Shown here piece after piece: positions 58,195-64,000 of a DNA stretch of 64,000 nt. Location: sequence record ON287370.1; one strand, given 5' to 3'. Each line of letters starts with the position of its first letter. Position 1 is the first letter of the stretch. The notes under the pieces are model-generated. The model saw only the letters and a program-made list of their open reading frames with translations, was not told the DNA's origin and made no database searches. The translations under genes were made by a program, and so were the position numbers.

Positions 58195-59259
58195 TTACTT
58201 ACCAAATAGTGTAACTCTTTGTTCTTCAGTTATTCCTCTAGGTAATGTCTCTGCCTTTCTTAAATCAACATACTCCCAAACACATCCGCTTCTAACTATT
58301 GATGGATCTTTGGTGGCCCTGCTCACATGGGCTTGCTGGAAACCATACTTAGTTAGTTCTTTACCACCGTAGCATACGAACTTATCACCTTGGTGTTTTC
58401 CAGGAATTACTATAGTCCCCATAACTGGTTTGGTCGTGGATAGTAAAGTTACACCATCATTAACCATTCTATCAAGTAATTGAGGTGGTATTGTGTTTGT
58501 ATACGTGGCAGCTTCTTCCCTGGTTATATATGACCATGAACATCCATATGTAGTTTTAGCTTTACCTGACACTGTCTGTTGAATGGATGCTGGATCTAAA
58601 CCAAGATTCTTTATAGCGGTTCTACCATAAATAACAAACTGTGTTCCCTTCCACATGCTATCTACTACGACTGTTCCAAGTACTGGTTTAGTATTTGGAT
58701 CATCAATTCCAGACTTAACTAATCCAGTATCTATTGCATGTTGTCTATTTTCAGATTGGGTACTCCATTCTAGATTACCGAAATGAGGGCATAATTTATT
58801 ACCATCTTTATGGTTAACCTGAAGTTTAGAGTAAGGTATATCTTTATGCGATTCCTTTTTACTTATAAAGGTAGAAGCAACAGCACGATGAATGTAGATA
58901 TTTTTAAATGCTTCCTTTTCATCGTCATATATATGCGTCATCAGGTAATTAGCAGAATGAGTTCCGGTAGTGACGTGAACTTCATTTTCTTCTGGCATCC
59001 GCCAGGCTATCTCACCTCTAGATGAAACCATGATATATGGTTGATAGAGTTCCCCTTCTTTTAGATCACTATCTCTAGTCGTTCTATAGTAATTTAAATA
59101 ATCCCAGCAGTAATAGCGAGGGTTTTTCAATAGTTGTTCTTTGATATGTTCTTCTCTGGCTCTTACTTTTTCTTCTTCACTTAAATCATCTACTCCCAAT
59201 ACAGATTGAATTGGAGTGAACATATCGAAATTTGTATCTTTATAAATCAGTATGGTCAT
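58195..59259 (-). mobile_element. Free-standing HNH homing endonuclease (NUMOD4-like + HNH + two C-terminal DNA-binding repeats)
   Basis: IHRAVA.TF...QVNHKDGNK...NLEWST.SEN..HA is a classic phage HNH motif. Two repeats TKPV.GT.V......G..F..YG...L...G.........S.......GC.W.Y follow. Confidence 0.85.
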
Positions 59260-59377
59260 TATGCTTCCTATTTGTTAATATTTCATTATTAGTCATTTTA
59301 TCTAACACATAGTATTAAAATACTCTTCGTAGTAAAAAGATATGCATAGCCTTCATACTAACTTAATATGTGTAAGC

Positions 59378-59405
59378 GCATATTAATAATATAGGTCTGA
59401 AACAA
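59378..59405 (-). promoter_or_regulatory. Putative early promoter upstream of the HNH gene
   Basis: Minus strand TTTGTTTCAGACCTATATTATTAATATG. Confidence 0.6.
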
Positions 59406-59426
59406 AATAAAAGAAAGCATATAAAT

Positions 59427-59454
59427 CCTACTCACCCAATTAAGGGTGAGTAGG
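59427..59454 (-). terminator. Terminator, conserved hairpin family
   Basis: CCTACTCACCC-AATTAA-GGGTGAGTAGG. Confidence 0.8.
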
Positions 59455-59460
59455 TATGTG

Positions 59461-59910
59461 TTATTTACCGATTGCTAGTAGCAGAGTGTTGTGCAGGTTA
59501 TCAGTTTTAACTGGGTAAATTACTTTACCAACGCTATAGTAATGAACGTGAATTTCAACAACCGATTTAGTTTGAGCAGTATCTGCAGAGATCATCAAAT
59601 AAGCTCGTCGGACACCAGCTCGTTCAGGATTCAGTTCAATAGCTACTGCATCCAGACCTTCTACGATCTCTGAAATGAATGGAGTGTCTTCACATTCAAC
59701 AATCTGATTGATTGCTGCATAAACCAGATTAACATCGGCTACTTTGCTTACCAGGTAATGATCAAACAAGTTACCTACATCTGAATGATGACACAGGTTC
59801 TTGAAATCATGAATGAATTGTTTCTTAACATCTTTCATGATGTCCAGTTTCAACAGATCACGGAAGGATTGCTCTGCACGGTTGATAGCTACTTTATTGA
59901 ATTTGTTCAT
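59461..59910 (-). CDS. Hypothetical protein, tandem paralog of 60055..60510
   Basis: 149 aa, alignable by eye along its whole length with its neighbour. Confidence 0.75.
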   Translation of the reverse strand: MNKFNKVAINRAEQSFRDLLKLDIMKDVKKQFIHDFKNLCHHSDVGNLFDHYLVSKVADVNLVYAAINQIVECEDTPFISEIVEGLDAVAIELNPERAGVRRAYLMISADTAQTKSVVEIHVHYYSVGKVIYPVKTDNLHNTLLLAIGK

Positions 59911-60054
59911 TTCTATATTTCCTTGTTTAATTAGTTTACTTAAAAGAGAATAACCTAAGAGGATGTCACTATCGTTCCACTTATGTTTATATAACTTTCC
60001 TTCGGAATTAACCCCCTACCCCCAATATATAAGAAATAGAGTATAATAAAAATA

Positions 60055-60510
60055 TTAACCTAAAGCAATAATTAAAGCTTCTTTAAGTTTATTGTTAGGT
60101 ACTTTATAGACTGACTTAATCCCAGTCTTGAAATGAACATGGATTTCGATATCGAACTTATCCTGTTCTTTATCAGCAGACATTGCCAGGAAAGCTTTAT
60201 CAGCATTTAAACGGTCTGTCTTCAGTTCAATGACAATCCCGTCCATAAGAGTAAAGACTTCATCTTCCTCGTCCCAGGACATGGAGATCTTACAAATAGG
60301 ATCGCAACCAACGATATCTTTAACCAGTCTTACTTTGCCGTCTGGTTTAATAAACTGGTTAGCGAACAAGTTACCCAGGGACGAGTGGTAACACATGTTC
60401 TTGAAGTTGTGGATAAAGTCTTGTTTAAGATCTTTAAAGAACGGTTGAGTAACCAGTTGGCGGAAAGATAGTTCGGCTTCGTTATGTACTGGTTTGTTAA
60501 ATTTGAACAT
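60055..60510 (-). CDS. Hypothetical protein, tandem paralog of 59461..59910
   Basis: 151 aa; MFKFNK...FIHNFKNMCYHSSLGNLF versus MNKFNK...FIHDFKNLCHHSDVGNLF. Confidence 0.75.
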   Translation of the reverse strand: MFKFNKPVHNEAELSFRQLVTQPFFKDLKQDFIHNFKNMCYHSSLGNLFANQFIKPDGKVRLVKDIVGCDPICKISMSWDEEDEVFTLMDGIVIELKTDRLNADKAFLAMSADKEQDKFDIEIHVHFKTGIKSVYKVPNNKLKEALIIALG

Positions 60511-60543
60511 TAGGATGACCTGTAGAAAAAGTAAACATACAAC

Positions 60544-60570
60544 CCTTACCCTCCACTAGGAAGGGTAAGG
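60544..60570 (-). terminator. Terminator, conserved hairpin family
   Basis: CCTTACCCTCC-ACTA-GGAAGGGTAAGG. Confidence 0.75.
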
Positions 60571-60576
60571 AGTTGA

Positions 60577-61137
60577 TTAGGAAAGCATAGCTGCGATAGT
60601 TACTGACAGGATTTCAATGTTGGTATTGTAGTTATAGGTATACAACTCAATACGACTAAAGAATTCCATTTCACCATGAAGGGTGATGACGTCTTGGTTA
60701 AACTTGTCAGCTGCAATAGCGTTGCTGATATGAGCTACAATGCCACGGAACATTTCTTCCATGCGTTGATACTCTTCAGTGTTTTCATAGTCGTCAGGGA
60801 TCGTCCAGGCCGTTGCACAACCATCTGGAACCAGAGCTGCAGCTTCGGCTGTCATCTGGTGGCAATACAGAGCATAGGCGACTTCACCAACGATTTGAGT
60901 TTCGTGGTCTTGTTGCAGTTCTTCCGGAGTCTGTTCTGGTTCAGCTTCTTCGCCTTCCAGTTTAACCGTCTGAAGAACACCAGATGGACGACCAAAGATA
61001 ATGTTCAGTGCGCCTTCCAGAGCGATATGGGATTGCTCAGGAGTAAACGTTTCAAACAGATCAGCCAGCTCGCTAATCTTGAATTTATAAGTAACCATGT
61101 TCTCAGTGATGCCGCTAGCATTGGTAGCTTGTAACAT
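60577..61137 (-). CDS. Acidic hypothetical protein; start re-assigned to 61137
   Basis: ATG 61137 with a GGAG SD; the longer track ORF overlaps the upstream gene. Confidence 0.65.
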   Translation of the reverse strand: MLQATNASGITENMVTYKFKISELADLFETFTPEQSHIALEGALNIIFGRPSGVLQTVKLEGEEAEPEQTPEELQQDHETQIVGEVAYALYCHQMTAEAAALVPDGCATAWTIPDDYENTEEYQRMEEMFRGIVAHISNAIAADKFNQDVITLHGEMEFFSRIELYTYNYNTNIEILSVTIAAMLS

Positions 61138-61156
61138 TTGTAAATCTCCAGATAAA

Positions 61157-61552
61157 TTAATTTGATTGATCGATGGGATCGTTAAAGGCATGAGCATCGG
61201 CATAGACGTATAACTTGCTAAACCGATGTCTAAGTTCATATTCATATTTAAGGAAACACTCCCCACTGAGGAACAAAGAACGATAAGCTAACTCAGAAGA
61301 TATATCGGCTACTCGTTTCTCAATTTCAGCAATGATGGTTTCCACAACAGGTCGATCTAACGGATCTAACACCTGCAAGAGATAATCAAACATACGTCCC
61401 CTTATTTCAAAAGGATCAGTAGGTCCAAGCATGAGCTTCTCGCCTAATATAAAGACGATGATTTCTTGCAGAAATGTTTGATTGGTATAAATCGCACTAT
61501 TGACTCTTTGATTAGCAAACGTTAAAGAGACGATATCTAAGAAGTTGCTCAC
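61157..61552 (-). CDS. Hypothetical protein
   Basis: 131 aa, GTG start, in-operon. Confidence 0.55.
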   Translation of the reverse strand: MSNFLDIVSLTFANQRVNSAIYTNQTFLQEIIVFILGEKLMLGPTDPFEIRGRMFDYLLQVLDPLDRPVVETIIAEIEKRVADISSELAYRSLFLSGECFLKYEYELRHRFSKLYVYADAHAFNDPIDQSN

Positions 61553-61913
61553 CTTCTGGATTCTCCCTTACATACATCTTAATTATTCCTGGATACTCCA
61601 TCATCATGATATCTTCGACACCATTGACTTGGTTAGCCAGGGATTTTAAATCTTCACTCTGTGCTGCTAAGACAGTTGAGAGAGCATTGCTCGCTGCCTG
61701 ATAAACTCTTTCAAACCGAAGGTCATCAATAACCAGATCGCTACAATGGTCACCCATAGTTAGCTTTGCTTCTTCCATGACTAAGAAGTCTTCGAACTCA
61801 GTTCCCAACTTCTTATGACTATCAAACATAACCATAATGCCAGCACCAACTACTTGCAGGACATCTGTATCGATGATACCAGGCAGTCTGATATTGATAC
61901 TTATTAATTCCAT
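61512..61913 (-). CDS. Hypothetical protein; probable start 61913
   Basis: ATG 61913 with a GGTGAG SD; the track's upstream extension runs into an imperfect hairpin at about 61937-61970. Confidence 0.55.
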   Translation of the reverse strand: MELISINIRLPGIIDTDVLQVVGAGIMVMFDSHKKLGTEFEDFLVMEEAKLTMGDHCSDLVIDDLRFERVYQAASNALSTVLAAQSEDLKSLANQVNGVEDIMMMEYPGIIKMYVRENPEGEQLLRYRLFNVC

Positions 61914-61974
61914 ACTCACCGCCATTGCTATTAACATAGGACTCCAGGGACTCAAAGTCCCCAGAGCCTAGTTA

Positions 61975-63519
61975 TTAAATACGTGAACCTGAGTCAATCA
62001 GCGTGAACTTCTTCATCTTCTTATCAAAGATGGTTCTACGTTTACGGTGATAGTCTACCTGCTTAGGAATGTCTGGACAAACGAAGTACAGGAATATTGG
62101 ATCCAAATCTGGCCACCATTTATCAATTGGTCGAGTACGTCCAACCATCTGATCGTTACGCTGTGAAGAACTCACAGAGATAGGGCTAAACACGATATAG
62201 AGCTGAGGAATATCTTTACCGGTACCACAAGACCCTGGAGTTGTAATAACTACCTGGTGTTCCCTGTACGCGGTTTTAGTTTCCTTCTTACTACTTTGCT
62301 CACCTGTAAATACTATCGCATCTAAATCTGGATAATCCTGTTTAAGTCGTTTAAGGAACAGATCGCACATTTCGATTGTTGCAAAGAACCACATGGCCTT
62401 TTGCCCTTCTCGATACGTATCCATGTAATAAATGTCGAATGCCTCTTTGAGCATTTTGTAATACTCTTCGAAGACAAAGCTCCTTTTCATTATCCCCTGT
62501 TCAAACTTGACATGAGAATAACCACCAAACCCTTTAGCATTGATTCGGTATTTGTTTACATCCATCCGGTGGCTATAAGCGATAACATGAATATACTTGG
62601 TATATTCAGGAGGTCGCAGATAACAGTGAGCTGGGAAGATCTGACCATAGATAGAGTTTATGAAGTCATCATCACCTTTCAAGGTTGCCGACAACGCCAT
62701 CGTCTTCTGATGGTTCCCAAACATCAATGACATATAAACCGAATAAATCGATTCGTGTGCTTCGTCAATGATTCTCACACCACAACGCATGTCGTGGAAT
62801 ACCTCGTCCAATCCAGGAAGAGATGGATCCTCTTTCATACGTTTTATATAGACGTCTATTTTAGTTAATGGCAGAATAATGATTGATGGATTAATTAACC
62901 CGTCTTTCATTACTTGGTGTAGCTTCTCAACGCCAAATGTATCAGCCACTAAAATATCCGTTGGATGGATATCTAAGAATTCCCCAAATGCTTTAATCCA
63001 GATATCTACATATCTTGGCAGTACCGTGATCAATACACGTTTACCTAACTGTACAGCAGTCCATATCGCACAGAAAGTTTTACCCTGCCCAGTACCCATG
63101 TTATTAACAACTAACGGTTTGGGTCCACCCATGAATGCTGTATATTCTTCCTGCATTTCATTTCGTGGTTTGATATTAGGATCTTTCAGTTTCAAGTTAG
63201 CCGGAGCTGCGTCGATAACTGTTTCATCTATTACCTGGATTCGAGACTTACTATACCCATGTTCTTCCATGAACTTAATGAGATCTTGAAGTTTCTCAGC
63301 ATTAAACCTTAACTCGGTCTTGTCTTCATTGAACCTGGCAAATACATGACTCACTTCCTTTTTGAATGCATTAGGTCCACCACCGGGTATGGGGACCTTC
63401 TGAACCCTATAAAAGTTACGAGCACAAAAAGGACGAAGTATTTGCTGCACGAGTTCAGGTTTAAAGTCAGTCAAACGAACATATGTGCTCGCTTTATAGA
63501 TCACAACTGTTCTACGCAT
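61975..63519 (-). CDS. Superfamily 2 (DEAH, UvsW/RAD25-like) helicase (phiKZ gp75-like)
   Basis: Motif I MGTGQGKT, motif II IIDEAH, III ALSAT, V GTGKDIPQL and VI QMVGRTR. Confidence 0.9.
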   Translation of the reverse strand: MRRTVVIYKASTYVRLTDFKPELVQQILRPFCARNFYRVQKVPIPGGGPNAFKKEVSHVFARFNEDKTELRFNAEKLQDLIKFMEEHGYSKSRIQVIDETVIDAAPANLKLKDPNIKPRNEMQEEYTAFMGGPKPLVVNNMGTGQGKTFCAIWTAVQLGKRVLITVLPRYVDIWIKAFGEFLDIHPTDILVADTFGVEKLHQVMKDGLINPSIIILPLTKIDVYIKRMKEDPSLPGLDEVFHDMRCGVRIIDEAHESIYSVYMSLMFGNHQKTMALSATLKGDDDFINSIYGQIFPAHCYLRPPEYTKYIHVIAYSHRMDVNKYRINAKGFGGYSHVKFEQGIMKRSFVFEEYYKMLKEAFDIYYMDTYREGQKAMWFFATIEMCDLFLKRLKQDYPDLDAIVFTGEQSSKKETKTAYREHQVVITTPGSCGTGKDIPQLYIVFSPISVSSSQRNDQMVGRTRPIDKWWPDLDPIFLYFVCPDIPKQVDYHRKRRTIFDKKMKKFTLIDSGSRI

Positions 63520-63676
63520 AACTCAACCCTTCTTCAACTATTAGAGCACCAACCCTTTACCCGTGAGGGTTATAGCACAAAATATGGTTTTCTCTAATAT
63601 ATTGACCTCGTAGTATTTATAAATACCTCCTCCTTTTGGTACATTAAAAGGGAGACCTAAGCCTCCCACCTTTATA

Positions 63677-63946
63677 TCAGAATACGACAAACTCGCATTC
63701 TTTCCAGCCATAACCTTGGCCTTTAATGGCTTTGTCTTCTGGAACAAATTTCAGTGTCAACAACATACCGTCATAATTGTAATTGACATTTGCAGCGGAA
63801 CTCCAACCATATTCACCAGGGTAAGTTGGTTTGTTATAAGAACGACGTTCACCGTCATCCAAAGTGACACTTGCCAAATAACCGTGGGTAAACTTGGAAT
63901 CACCAACGACAGTGGTTTCACCATTCACAATTTTAATGACTTGCAT
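63677..63946 (-). CDS. Small early hypothetical protein
   Basis: 89 aa, SD AGGAG, directly after a promoter motif. Confidence 0.65.
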   Translation of the reverse strand: MQVIKIVNGETTVVGDSKFTHGYLASVTLDDGERRSYNKPTYPGEYGWSSAANVNYNYDGMLLTLKFVPEDKAIKGQGYGWKECEFVVF

Positions 63947-63959
63947 GCGTAACTCCTAT

Positions 63960-63980
63960 AGATAATATATACTTAAAAAT
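63960..63980 (-). promoter_or_regulatory. Putative early promoter
   Basis: Minus strand ATTTTTAAGTATATATTATCT. It is preceded by the truncated arm of another family hairpin at the window edge (CCCACCCTCCAATTA). Confidence 0.6.
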
Positions 63981-64000
63981 TATTACCCACCCTCCAATTA

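Noticed and set aside
56845-59259. Group I intron splitting the RNAP beta-prime gene around the HNH
   Set aside because: The RNAP ORF ends normally after the trigger-loop motif, the HNH is on the opposite strand beyond a terminator, and no downstream exon is seen.
6847-60570. Repeated hairpins as a CRISPR array or IS ends
   Set aside because: They are dispersed singly at gene ends with no regular spacers, and there are no cas or transposase genes. Terminator positions explain them.
63541-63747. 68-aa minus-strand ORF between the early gene and the SF2 helicase
   Set aside because: It overlaps the neighbouring gene, lacks a clear SD, and runs through hairpin-like sequence. It cannot be supported as a gene.

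Overview
This 64 kb window is part of a large, AT-rich lytic jumbo myophage genome of the phiKZ/SPN3US type (Chimalliviridae-like). The assignment rests on motifs plus gene order: a split multisubunit RNA polymerase (a non-virion beta N-terminal piece and a virion beta-prime C-terminal piece), a split family-B DNA polymerase (exonuclease plus motif A only), DnaB-like and SF2 helicases, RuvC, portal, major capsid protein, a block of paralogous internal head proteins, baseplate and tail genes, and an overlapped spanin pair. Small early-gene islands are interspersed, bounded by a sequence-conserved hairpin family and a repeated early-promoter motif. Homolog numbers (phiKZ/SPN3US gpNN) come from recalled gene order and were not confirmed by any search. 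The best new candidates are: (1) a programmed -1 ribosomal frameshift (T TTT TTC at 53607-53601) that would fuse a Cys-motif tail/baseplate assembly chaperone to the next ORF in lambda G/GT fashion; (2) an M48-like HExxH/ExxAD zinc-protease signature in a head-cargo protein; (3) repeated terminator-plus-promoter cassettes around accessory genes; and (4) a small, very acidic early-island protein that could be a DNA mimic. No tRNA, rRNA, CRISPR array or convincing intron was seen.
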